Positions 38,680 through 47,370 of a DNA stretch of 51,810 nucleotides are shown piece by piece. Source of the DNA: Minisyncoccota bacterium (GTDB taxonomy: Bacteria; Patescibacteriota; Minisyncoccia; Phycocordibacterales; UBA9973); the NCBI GenBank assembly GCA_021734995.1, contig JAIPHX010000006.1, positions 1 to 51,810 of the forward strand, given 5' to 3'. Position numbers and translations under genes: made by a program. The notes beneath the pieces were generated by a model, which saw nothing but the letters and a program-made list of their open reading frames with translations, made no database searches and had not been told where the DNA came from. How positions within the stretch are numbered: the first letter of the stretch is position 1; every line of letters begins with the position of its first letter.

Positions 38680-38693
38680 GATATAAATAAAAC

Positions 38694-39989
38694 ATGAGAT
38701 TGATTTTCAAAAAAACATTAGCTTTAGTTTTAAAAGCAGAATCCACCTTAGTACTATCTAAATATAAACCCAAAATAATAGCGATCACTGGATCGGTTGG
38801 GAAAACTTCTACCAAAGATGCGATATATGCTACTTTGGTGGGTACATATCACGTGCGTAAAAGTGAAAAGAGTTACAATAGTGAGCTTGGGCTACCTCTC
38901 ACTATTCTTGGATTACCAAATGGGTGGAATGACCCATTGCTCTGGATTAAAAATATTTTTAAGGGATTGTGGCTTTTTATATGGCCTCATAAATATCCAA
39001 AATGGCTTGTGCTTGAAGTAGGAATCGGCAAACCAGGGGATATGAAGAAAACAGCAGGCTGGCTCAAATCTGATGCTGTGGTGATTACTGCTATTACTGA
39101 GACACCTCCTCATGTTGAGTTTTTTGAATCACGGAAACATCTCATTGAAGAAAAAGCGGGCTTAATAAAAACTTTAAAAAAAGACGGTATTTTAATATTA
39201 AATGCAGACAATAAAGATGTTCTTGATTTAAAAAGTAGAACAAAGAGTAGAGTCTTAACTTTTGGTTTTTCAGAGAAGGCGGATATTAGAGGATCTTCCG
39301 AACAGATTTTCTATAATGAAAAAAATATCCCAACAGGTATAATATTTAGAGTAGATGAAAAAGATAGAAGTGTGCCTGTGGTAGTAGAAGGAGTTTTTGG
39401 TAAAAATCATATCTATGCTTCTTTGATTGCACTCACTGTATCTTCTGGTCTTAAGTTAAATATGATTGAATCCGCTGGAAAACTTAAAAATTACGAAGTT
39501 CCTCCTGGACGCATGCGTTTACTTGAAGGGATTAAAGATTCTTTTATCATAGATGATACTTACAATTCATCTCCATTTGCTTGTGAAAGTGCATTAAATA
39601 CATTAGAGCAAATAAAATCTTCAGGAAGAAAGATTGCTATCTTGGGAGACATGCTTGAACTTGGGAAACACACAGAAGAGTCTCATAAGCAGATAGGGCA
39701 AATAGCTTCTACTTTTGTAGATATGCTAGTAGTAGTAGGCCCAAGAGCAGAACATATCAAAAACGGTGCTTTGGAAAATGGATTTAGTGATGACAAAATA
39801 TTTTCTTTTGCTAACTCTTATGAGGCAGGAGACTTTATTAAAAATGAATTAAAAGAAGGAGATTTTATATTAGTGAAAGGTTCACAAGGGGTACGAATGG
39901 AGAGAATAGTAGGGGAGATTCTCTTAGATCAAGCAAACAAAAGTAAGTTGGTGGTAAGGCAAGATAAAGAATGGTTGGAGAAAAGGTAA
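38694..39989 (+). CDS. murF: UDP-MurNAc-tripeptide--D-Ala-D-Ala ligase
   Basis: ITGSVGKTSTK, YNSELGLPLT, DDTYNSSP, LGDMLELG and VKGSQG. Confidence 0.93.
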   Translation: MRLIFKKTLALVLKAESTLVLSKYKPKIIAITGSVGKTSTKDAIYATLVGTYHVRKSEKSYNSELGLPLTILGLPNGWNDPLLWIKNIFKGLWLFIWPHKYPKWLVLEVGIGKPGDMKKTAGWLKSDAVVITAITETPPHVEFFESRKHLIEEKAGLIKTLKKDGILILNADNKDVLDLKSRTKSRVLTFGFSEKADIRGSSEQIFYNEKNIPTGIIFRVDEKDRSVPVVVEGVFGKNHIYASLIALTVSSGLKLNMIESAGKLKNYEVPPGRMRLLEGIKDSFIIDDTYNSSPFACESALNTLEQIKSSGRKIAILGDMLELGKHTEESHKQIGQIASTFVDMLVVVGPRAEHIKNGALENGFSDDKIFSFANSYEAGDFIKNELKEGDFILVKGSQGVRMERIVGEILLDQANKSKLVVRQDKEWLEKR

Positions 39990-40025
39990 TATTTTTTAAT
40001 TTATTTAATATATATATATATATAA

Positions 40026-40850
40026 ATGAAGATGAAAGAAAACATAGAAACTAAAGAAAAGTTAGAAGGGAATTTTGTAAGTGTTGTTTTTGTACGCCAC
40101 GGAGAAACTACTTATCAAGAGCATGTTACTCCAGATGAAGAAAAAATTATTATTAAAAAGAACGGAACAACCCCAACTGATTTAACAGAAAAAGGTGTTA
40201 AGACAATGGGAAATACTGCGAAACAAATAATAAATACATTGATTGATAAAGAAAGAGATGTGATTGTTTTTTGGGGTTCTCCTGCTTGGCGAGCTCAGGG
40301 TTCAAAGGATATTATTAAAAAGACGTTTGAAGAATCAAAAGTTCAAATTTTGAAAGACAAAGAAATTGATTATTTAAAATATGCTACTCATCATGATAAT
40401 GATTCTATGGTGAAATTTTGGGAAGATGTTAGAATGTTAGGTAAATCAACAGATTTGATCTATGCTTACGATGAAGAACTGCAAAAAAAGACAGATAAAT
40501 TAGAAGTAGCAAGTGAAACACGGAAAAGAGCAGAATCTTTTATAAATTATATTCATCTTGTTATGAAAAAAGTTTCTAAAGGAGATATTAAATTAGAAAA
40601 AAACAAAAGACTTGTATTTTTAAGTGTAAGTCATTTTGAAATCTTAAATCCAATTGTCCAGGACATATTTGGTGTAGACCTAGCATATGGTGATAGAGAT
40701 TTAATTAAAAAGGGAGAAGTTGTGGCACTAGATTTTGTCTATGATGAAAAAACAGATCAAATTAAAATCAATGCTCAATTTCGTGGTATAAAAAAAGAAA
40801 ATATTGTTTTTGATAGAACCAGTAGGAAATTTATTTTGGAGAAGAAATAG
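40026..40850 (+). CDS. Histidine phosphatase superfamily protein
   Basis: FVRHGET motif, SPAWRA and SVSHFE. Confidence 0.8.
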   Translation: MKMKENIETKEKLEGNFVSVVFVRHGETTYQEHVTPDEEKIIIKKNGTTPTDLTEKGVKTMGNTAKQIINTLIDKERDVIVFWGSPAWRAQGSKDIIKKTFEESKVQILKDKEIDYLKYATHHDNDSMVKFWEDVRMLGKSTDLIYAYDEELQKKTDKLEVASETRKRAESFINYIHLVMKKVSKGDIKLEKNKRLVFLSVSHFEILNPIVQDIFGVDLAYGDRDLIKKGEVVALDFVYDEKTDQIKINAQFRGIKKENIVFDRTSRKFILEKK

Positions 40851-40853
40851 TAT

Positions 40854-41531
40854 CTAAAGATGTTTTAAAACTTCTTTAAATATTTTTTTAGTTTCTTCAG
40901 GAGTTAAAGGGATATTTTCTATAGTATCATTTCCTTCAATATCTATTGAATCTGATGGTTTTTTATACACAAAAGATCCTTTTTTTTGAGTATTATATGT
41001 TAAAACAATAGTTGACGCAGGATATGTTGAAGCTTCATAATAGTGTATTTCTCCCATATCACAGGAGTAAAGGTTTCCTTTTTCTCTAATATATTCACCT
41101 ATCTGTATTAATTTACTCTCACTTCCTCCTTTTATTTCTTTACTCTTAGAAGAAAAATCATATTTATATACGTTGTGTACACCTTCAAGATCAGTTTGAA
41201 TTTCTTTAAATCTTAATTCTCTAAATTCCCCAAATAAAGGAATTGATACAAAAGACCATCTATGGTCGTGAACATCAGAAAGAGAAAATTTATCATTTTT
41301 TGGTAAGTTCTCTTTTTCCCAAACATGTAGACGAAGTGTGGCATTGTTAAAATTCTTCAGAATAATTTTAAAAAAATTATTTGGATGACGATAACTTGCC
41401 TCGGATACTCTTTCTAAAAGGTCTTTATTATTAATTATATTCTCTAGTTCATTTCTAATCTTCTCGTAATACTTATTTAGAAATGCACCAGCTTGTTCTT
41501 TGTTTTCAATTCCTAATATTGGTTTTTCCAT
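40854..41531 (-). CDS. Cupin/cysteine-dioxygenase-like protein
   Basis: LRLHVW, VHDHRWSFVS and GEIHY metal-binding-like histidines. Confidence 0.6.
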   Translation of the reverse strand: MEKPILGIENKEQAGAFLNKYYEKIRNELENIINNKDLLERVSEASYRHPNNFFKIILKNFNNATLRLHVWEKENLPKNDKFSLSDVHDHRWSFVSIPLFGEFRELRFKEIQTDLEGVHNVYKYDFSSKSKEIKGGSESKLIQIGEYIREKGNLYSCDMGEIHYYEASTYPASTIVLTYNTQKKGSFVYKKPSDSIDIEGNDTIENIPLTPEETKKIFKEVLKHL

Positions 41532-41570
41532 ATAATTATATTATACAACACTTTTTTTATACATGTCTAT

Positions 41571-42149
41571 CTAACTTTTATGTTTTAAAACTTTGTTCCC
41601 AAAATATCCAGAAATAACGATAGAGTAGTTTAATATAAATATCCATATTGGAAATACTAATAGGGAAAAATTTAGTTCTCCTACTGAAAAGGCACTCAAT
41701 AGCCCGCCGACAGCACACAAAACATAAGCACTCAAAGTTTCAGTATGTGGTTTTTTGTATGTTTTGATTATCGTTGGTAATGCTGCGCATATATCAATTG
41801 CTATGGTAATAAGCAACGCAAGTAATGGTTCTTTTGTGAGATACCAAATAATTAACCCAACACCTGCACCCACAATAGCGAAGATGTCTAATTTAGTAGC
41901 CCCACCTACTCCATATTTTAGAGATAAAATAAAAATTATTATTATAGCTATACAGTCAACCCCAGTAGCCAAAAGAGACCAAGATGCGCCTTCAGCAAGC
42001 TGTGCAAAAAATGCAATCAAAAGTAAAATACTCCAAATAAACCAAGTCATACGTTCTGGCTTAGTTTTTTTAAGTAAAATATCTCTAATATAGGGGATAG
42101 TGGAAGCAGTAATAAAAATTGCAGAGCTGTATCCTAAAATTTCTTGCAT
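41571..42149 (-). CDS. PQ-loop-like multi-TM protein
   Basis: Two repeats: IPYIRDIL..TKPERMTW and LPTIIKTYKKPHTE; about 7 TMs. Confidence 0.65.
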   Translation of the reverse strand: MQEILGYSSAIFITASTIPYIRDILLKKTKPERMTWFIWSILLLIAFFAQLAEGASWSLLATGVDCIAIIIIFILSLKYGVGGATKLDIFAIVGAGVGLIIWYLTKEPLLALLITIAIDICAALPTIIKTYKKPHTETLSAYVLCAVGGLLSAFSVGELNFSLLVFPIWIFILNYSIVISGYFGNKVLKHKS

Positions 42150-42264
42150 TAATATATCATATTATAGCGTAAATAGTTTGTCTATATTTTGTATGCAGTA
42201 TTAGTTTGAGTTTTGATGTTTTCGGTATGGTAAATTAAATAGTAGTGTAATATAATTATTATTC

Positions 42265-42846
42265 ATGACAAGCATTGCTTTAATTTTAACAGTTTTAAGC
42301 TCGTTAATTTTTCTGACATTTTTTGTTCTGTACAACAAAAATATTATAAGTGGTTCTGGTAAACCTAACATTGTTAGTTGGGGATTATTTAGTTTGATTA
42401 CCTTAATCAATGCGATCACTTATATGGCTTTTACCAACGACATACTGAAAGGGGCTTTGGCTTTTACAGACTTCTTTACTTGTATTGTTATAACTTTTTT
42501 AATTCTTTCCAAGGGGCAATATTTCAAATTAAATATTTCAGAAAAAATTATAATTGTTTTAGCTATAATTTCTATTTTGGTATGGTGGGTATTGCACTCC
42601 GCTGTCTATGCAAATTTATTATTACAACCAGCTTATATTTTAGCTTTCATTCCAACTATTAAAAACGCGTGGATAAATCCTAAAAATGAAAGTTCGCTTG
42701 TGTGGTTTATGTGGGCTTTTTCTTTCTTTCTGACAATAGTTGTAATTATTATTCGTTGGGATAATAATTTTGTAGATATTGTAAATTCACTAATAGCTTT
42801 TTCTCTACACTTTACAGTTGGGTTGATTGCTTTGCGTAAAGTTTGA
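42265..42846 (+). CDS. PQ-loop-like multi-TM protein (distant paralogue of 41571..42149)
   Basis: GKPNIVSWGLF and FIPTIKNAWINPKNE; about 7 TMs. Confidence 0.65.
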   Translation: MTSIALILTVLSSLIFLTFFVLYNKNIISGSGKPNIVSWGLFSLITLINAITYMAFTNDILKGALAFTDFFTCIVITFLILSKGQYFKLNISEKIIIVLAIISILVWWVLHSAVYANLLLQPAYILAFIPTIKNAWINPKNESSLVWFMWAFSFFLTIVVIIIRWDNNFVDIVNSLIAFSLHFTVGLIALRKV

Positions 42847-42870
42847 TTTTGGTCTAATTCTTAGAGGTGA

Positions 42871-42919
42871 ATGAATATATATTAACATATTTTAGTATAT
42901 TTTTTATCTATAAACCTGT
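42871..42919. repeat. 49-bp direct repeat, copy 1 (orphan promoter copy)
   Basis: 47/49 identical to 43764-43812. Confidence 0.9.
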
Positions 42920-43000
42920 TTAATGTATTGTATTTTGCACGATAATATAAGTATATATTACTTATTGGGTGGTGGGAGAAAAATAATAACAGACTAAAAA

Positions 43001-43765
43001 TTAATATTCTCTAAACCAAGGTACAGCAGTGACATCTCGTTTTGTCGTGTATAGATAAAGAGTAGGCATATCAGGTAAAAAAGCGTGAGCAGTTGCATCA
43101 GTAAAACTAAAAAGAATTGAGCCGGCAAAGGTTTTTTTTATAAACAAAGCTTCGGTTTTCCTCATTATGTAGTAAACTTTTGCTCCTAAAACTTTATCAC
43201 TACCTTGGAAATGTTTTGTGGCCTGTTTCAGTAATTTTTCTTTTAAAACAGAATCACTCAAATCAAACGAATCAACTTGATTTAAAATAGTTTCTGTCGA
43301 TAACCCCCATTCTTTCCAAAGGTCACTGAGAAGAATTGTCTTTATGCCCACGTTTTCTAGATTTCTCTTAACCAAAGACAGGTATGTTTCAATCTTTTCT
43401 TTTTTATATCTATTCATAAGTGCATGCATATCGGAAAGTATGAATGTAAAAGAAACAACCCCTAAAAGATCTTCTTGGAAGCGAAGCATATTTTTTATTA
43501 GTTGTTCCTCACTATATTCAAATATTTCTTTCTCAGAAGCACCCCAAAACCCCACAAGATTGGTCTTCTTGTTATTTATTATATTATCCTTAACTATCTT
43601 TAACATTCCATGGGAATCATACGGATAATCTCGAGAATATTTTTTTGAGGTCAAGATTTTTAACATCTCTTCTCCTTTTTTTAAGCCGATTTTTTTAATT
43701 AAATCTTCCCCAGAGTTATCTTGATTTTTGATATCATTTAAAATTTTGTTAAAATTGTCATCCAT
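43001..43765 (-). CDS. Hypothetical protein, possible truncated class Ic aaRS-like Rossmann fold
   Basis: LVGFWGAS and FTFILSDMHALMN resemble TyrRS/TrpRS strands; no HIGH or KMSKS motif; ends in PWF. Confidence 0.55.
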   Translation of the reverse strand: MDDNFNKILNDIKNQDNSGEDLIKKIGLKKGEEMLKILTSKKYSRDYPYDSHGMLKIVKDNIINNKKTNLVGFWGASEKEIFEYSEEQLIKNMLRFQEDLLGVVSFTFILSDMHALMNRYKKEKIETYLSLVKRNLENVGIKTILLSDLWKEWGLSTETILNQVDSFDLSDSVLKEKLLKQATKHFQGSDKVLGAKVYYIMRKTEALFIKKTFAGSILFSFTDATAHAFLPDMPTLYLYTTKRDVTAVPWFREY

Positions 43766-43812
43766 GAATATATATTAACATATCTTAGTATATTTTTTAT
43801 CTATAAACTTGT
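43764..43812. repeat. 49-bp direct repeat, copy 2 (promoter of 43001..43765)
   Basis: atgaatatatattaacatatcttagtatattttttatctataaacttgt; overlaps the start codon of the minus-strand gene. Confidence 0.9.
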
Positions 43813-43940
43813 ATTGGATCTCTTGGGTTGCTTTAAGATACATTTATAAAATAAGGCTTAAAAATCTGTGATTCTTCAGCTAATCAAGATTCCTCGTGCC
43901 ACTCCTAGAAGACCTGATTAAACTATGTTATCATTTAAAT

Positions 43941-44936
43941 ATGAAATTGGAAGTAATAAAGGAAGACCCTTTTAATATATTAAGCACTACAAGAGGTGTT
44001 CTAGAAAATGCACAGTATGTGTCTATTGATGAAAACAAGATTAATGATGATATTTCAAATAAAATATCAGAGAGATTTAAAAAGGGGATATATGATGAAT
44101 ATGAATTAGGTATTAATCTAACTGATAAATTAGAAGATAATTTACAAATAATTTTTATTGAAAATTCAGTTAATTTTTGTTTTTGGCCAACTAAAGGAGA
44201 ACCCAAATGGGAAGTTGAATGGCCGATTGGAGGAAAGATTTTTGGGGGATGGTTTGGTCTGGTAAACTGTTTTAAAAGAGCGATGGAAGAAAACATTCCA
44301 ATTTTAGATCCAAAATATTTAAGCAGTATTACATTAGAAGACGCTCGTAAAATCTTTCGAGGTAAAAATAATATAGATATACCTTTACTTGAAAAACGAG
44401 TAGAAAATTTAAGAGAAGTGGGAAATATTTTACAAGAAAAATTTGACGGTAAAATCATTAATTTATTGAAAGAAAGTAATTTTGATGCAATTAAAATAGT
44501 AAAAAGTATTTTAGAAAATTTTCCTTGTTATAAAGACGTTTCAATTTTAGATAATAAGAAAGTTGTCTTTTTGAAACGTGCACAAATTTGTGCCAATGAT
44601 TTTTCTTATGTTTTAAAAAATAGTGAAAATAAAATAACTAGTTTAGATAAATTAACCGCATATGCTGATTACAAATTACCACAATTATTGAGAATGTCTG
44701 GAGTAATTAATTATGAGGAATCTTTGGCAAATAAAATTGATACATTAACAGAATTAGCTCATGATAGTAGAGAAGAAATAGAAATTCGTTCTGCAACAAT
44801 ATGGGCTGTGGAATTACTAAGACAACGCATTGGTATTCTTTCCTCTGGAGAAATTGATAATACAATATGGTTGTTAAGTCAGGGAATTCAAAAGGAATCA
44901 AAACCATATCATCGTTCGAGAACAATTTTTTATTAA
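43941..44936 (+). CDS. Queuosine salvage protein (Q_salvage/DUF2419, QNG1-like glycosylase)
   Basis: NFCFWP..KW, KRAQI, LTAYADYKLPQLLR..GVI.Y, EIEIRSATIWAVE and D..IW. ATG 43941 is preferred. Confidence 0.88.
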   Translation: MKLEVIKEDPFNILSTTRGVLENAQYVSIDENKINDDISNKISERFKKGIYDEYELGINLTDKLEDNLQIIFIENSVNFCFWPTKGEPKWEVEWPIGGKIFGGWFGLVNCFKRAMEENIPILDPKYLSSITLEDARKIFRGKNNIDIPLLEKRVENLREVGNILQEKFDGKIINLLKESNFDAIKIVKSILENFPCYKDVSILDNKKVVFLKRAQICANDFSYVLKNSENKITSLDKLTAYADYKLPQLLRMSGVINYEESLANKIDTLTELAHDSREEIEIRSATIWAVELLRQRIGILSSGEIDNTIWLLSQGIQKESKPYHRSRTIFY

Positions 44937-44945
44937 ATGTTAGTT

Positions 44946-45044
44946 CGATTCCTAAAAGGGTGTTGATTTTCACAAACGAAAAAAGCCTTAAAATTAAGGC
45001 TTCTCGTGCTAGCACGTGATGGTGACCTTTCCAGGAATCTAACC
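44946..45044 (-). repeat. Degenerate copy of tRNA-Glu(CTC) 3' end plus downstream flank (att-like)
   Basis: aaaagccttaaaattaaggcttctcgtgctagcacgtgatggtgacc..ggaatctaacc matches about 46604-46702, including the acceptor and T arm. Confidence 0.85.
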
Positions 45045-45084
45045 TTCTCGTGCTAGCTCTAGAAGGGTGCTCTTATTAGGGGTC

Positions 45085-45113
45085 TTGTAACTTAGCAATA
45101 TCTGAATTATAAT
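45085..45113 (+). promoter_or_regulatory. Sigma70 promoter of trp leader
   Basis: TTGTAA 45085-45090, 17-nt spacer, TATAAT 45108-45113; ATG 6 nt later. Confidence 0.8.
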
Positions 45114-45119
45114 AAAAAT

Positions 45120-45179
45120 ATGTTAAGAAAAAGCAATTATATCAATATAGCATGGTGGACAGCTCACATAAGTGGGTAG
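45120..45179 (+). CDS. trpL: trp leader peptide MLRKSNYINIAWWTAHISG
   Basis: Tandem TGG TGG at 45153-45158, upstream of trpB. Confidence 0.88.
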   Translation: MLRKSNYINIAWWTAHISG

Positions 45180-45244
45180 TCTTTGTTGTATTTATAATTA
45201 TTTTTAAGTAATACATGACAACCCACATAATTGTGGGCTTTTTT
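45158..45244 (+). promoter_or_regulatory. trp attenuator
   Basis: seg1 gacagctcac 45158-45167; seg2 gtgggtagtc 45172-45181; seg3 gacaacccac 45217-45226; terminator cccaca-taat-tgtggg followed by T6. Confidence 0.88.
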
Positions 45245-45365
45245 ATTTTCTAATTAAACCTATATGAATAAATTTATTTTTAAACAACATTGTACTGAAT
45301 TCTGGCGTAATTAAGAAACGTTTAGTTTTTACATTACTATTTTAAAAAATAAAAATATAAATTAT

Positions 45366-46571
45366 ATGAAAACAGAAATAAAATCATTAAAAAATTTACC
45401 AGATGAAAATGGGTATTACGGAAAATTTGGAGGAAGTTTTATTCCTCCTCAATTAGTGGAACCATTAAAAGAAATAGAACGAGAATATTTAAAAGCGAAA
45501 AATGATCCAGAATTTCAAAAAGAATATGCTGATTTACTAAAGAATTATGTTGGCCGTCCTTCACCACTTTATTTTGCAAAAAATATAACAGAAAAATTAG
45601 GTGGAGCAAAAGTATATTTAAAACGTGAAGATTTAAACCATACTGGCGCCCATAAAATAAATCACTGTCTAGGGGAAGTACTTCTTGCTAAAAGAATGGG
45701 GAAGAAAAAGGTTTTAGCTGAAACTGGAGCAGGGCAACATGGAGTTGCTTTGGCTACAGCTGCAGCCTTACTTGGTCTTGAGTGTGAAATTCATATGGGT
45801 TCTATTGATATAGAAAAACAACAACCAAATGTTATTCGTATGAAATTACTCGGAGCAAAAGTTGTAGAAGTTAATACAGGGGGTAAATGTCTTAAGGATG
45901 CAGTGGATAGTGCTTTTGCAACATTTATAGAAGAATACAAGACTACATTTTTTGCAATTGGTTCTGTAGTGGGACCTCATCCATATCCGATGATAGTGAG
46001 AGATTTTCAATCTATTGTAGGGAAAGAAGCCAAAAAACAAATATTGGAACAAGAAAAAAGATTACCAGATTATATAATCGGTTGTGTTGGTGGTGGATCA
46101 AATGCGATTGGATTATTTAATGAATTTCTTGATGATGAAGTTAGCCTTATCGGAGTGGAGCCAGCAGGCAGGGGTTCAGGTATTGGTGAACATGCTGCTA
46201 CTATTACATATGGAACAGAGGGTGTAATACATGGTATGAAGACTATTGTATTGCAAGATGAAAAAGGAGAGCCAAATAGTGTTCACTCTATTGCATCAGG
46301 GTTAGATTATCCTGGTGTTGGACCTATTCATGCTTACCTCAAAGCTATTGGAAGAGTCGAATATACTTATGCAAGTGATGATGAAACGATAAAAGCATTT
46401 TTGGAATTATCTAAGGTTGAGGGAATTATTCCAGCTCTTGAAAGTGCTCATGCAGTAGCGTATGCGTTGAAACTAGCTTCAACTCTAAGTAAAGATAAAA
46501 TCATAATAGTTAATCTTTCTGGTCGTGGAGATAAAGATATTGATTATGTAGCTTCATTATTAAAAATATAA
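45366..46571 (+). CDS. trpB: Tryptophan synthase beta chain (stand-alone in window)
   Basis: [10 protein letters not shown] (PLP Lys), [30 protein letters not shown] and NLSGRGDKD. Confidence 0.98.
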   Translation: MKTEIKSLKNLPDENGYYGKFGGSFIPPQLVEPLKEIEREYLKAKNDPEFQKEYADLLKNYVGRPSPLYFAKNITEKLGGAKVYLKREDLNHTGAHKINHCLGEVLLAKRMGKKKVLAETGAGQHGVALATAAALLGLECEIHMGSIDIEKQQPNVIRMKLLGAKVVEVNTGGKCLKDAVDSAFATFIEEYKTTFFAIGSVVGPHPYPMIVRDFQSIVGKEAKKQILEQEKRLPDYIIGCVGGGSNAIGLFNEFLDDEVSLIGVEPAGRGSGIGEHAATITYGTEGVIHGMKTIVLQDEKGEPNSVHSIASGLDYPGVGPIHAYLKAIGRVEYTYASDDETIKAFLELSKVEGIIPALESAHAVAYALKLASTLSKDKIIIVNLSGRGDKDIDYVASLLKI

Positions 46572-46676
46572 TAATTCTATCAAATAATAAAATTGAATAA
46601 GTTTGATTCTCATAAGGGTGCTAATTTTTACACACACAAAAAGCCTTAAAATAAGGCTTCTCGTGCTAGCACTTGA

Positions 46677-46751
46677 TGGTGACCCTACCGGGAATCGAAC
46701 CCGGATTACCGCCTTGAGAAGGCGATGTCCTAACCGTTAGACGATAGGGCC
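46677..46751 (-). tRNA. trnE: tRNA-Glu (CTC)
   Basis: Reverse complement is ggccctatcgtctaacggttaggacatcgcc-ttCTCaa-ggcggtaatccgggttcgattcccggtagggtcacca; CCA encoded. Confidence 0.96.
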
Positions 46752-46797
46752 AAAATATACCAACATAAAGATATTAGCATTTTTGGAGAAAAATAAA

Positions 46798-46827
46798 AAC
46801 GTGTATGCCTAGATAGGCATACACGTT
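46798..46827. repeat. Perfect 13-bp inverted repeat between divergent tRNA-Glu and ACT gene
   Basis: aacgtgtatgcct-agat-aggcatacacgtt; T-rich tail on the minus strand. Confidence 0.75.
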
Positions 46828-46935
46828 AATACATGTTAATTGAATAAAGTAAAGTTTATAAAAATAAGAAAAGAAAAATTATAAGCATAGACTAAGATTA
46901 GACAAGGATACATGCTTTTGATAATATATCAACAT

Positions 46936-47340
46936 ATGGAAGGAGAAAGAGATTTACATAAAATATTAAAGACAATGAACCCCAAGCTTAATACTGGAGA
47001 TTATGTTTTTTGTTCAGTAAAGAATTTAAAATTGATAGATGTGCAAGATACAAAAAATGTAATTATGACTTTTATAGAAAAAGAAGGATTTACTATTATT
47101 TTAAAAAAAGAAATTGCTGATAAACTTAATTTAAAGTATTATCTAGTTACTTCTTGGATTACTCTAACAGTCCATTCATCTTTAGAAGCAATAGGTCTTA
47201 CTTCTACTTTTTCAAAAGCGCTTGCAGAGAAAGAAGTGGGTTGCAATGTTGTGGCTGCTTTTTACCATGATCATATTTTTGTACCTAAAAAAGATGCTAA
47301 AAAAGCAATGAATATTTTAAAAGGGCTTACAAAACAATAA
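46936..47340 (+). CDS. ACT-domain protein (DUF2241/ACT_7 type)
   Basis: GERDL..IL..M.P.L..GDYVF, F.EKEGFT and ITLTVHSSLEAIGLT..CNVVAAFYHDHIFV. Confidence 0.88.
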   Translation: MEGERDLHKILKTMNPKLNTGDYVFCSVKNLKLIDVQDTKNVIMTFIEKEGFTIILKKEIADKLNLKYYLVTSWITLTVHSSLEAIGLTSTFSKALAEKEVGCNVVAAFYHDHIFVPKKDAKKAMNILKGLTKQ

Positions 47341-47370
47341 TAAAAATTTAAGTTTTTTTAGAAAAAAGAC

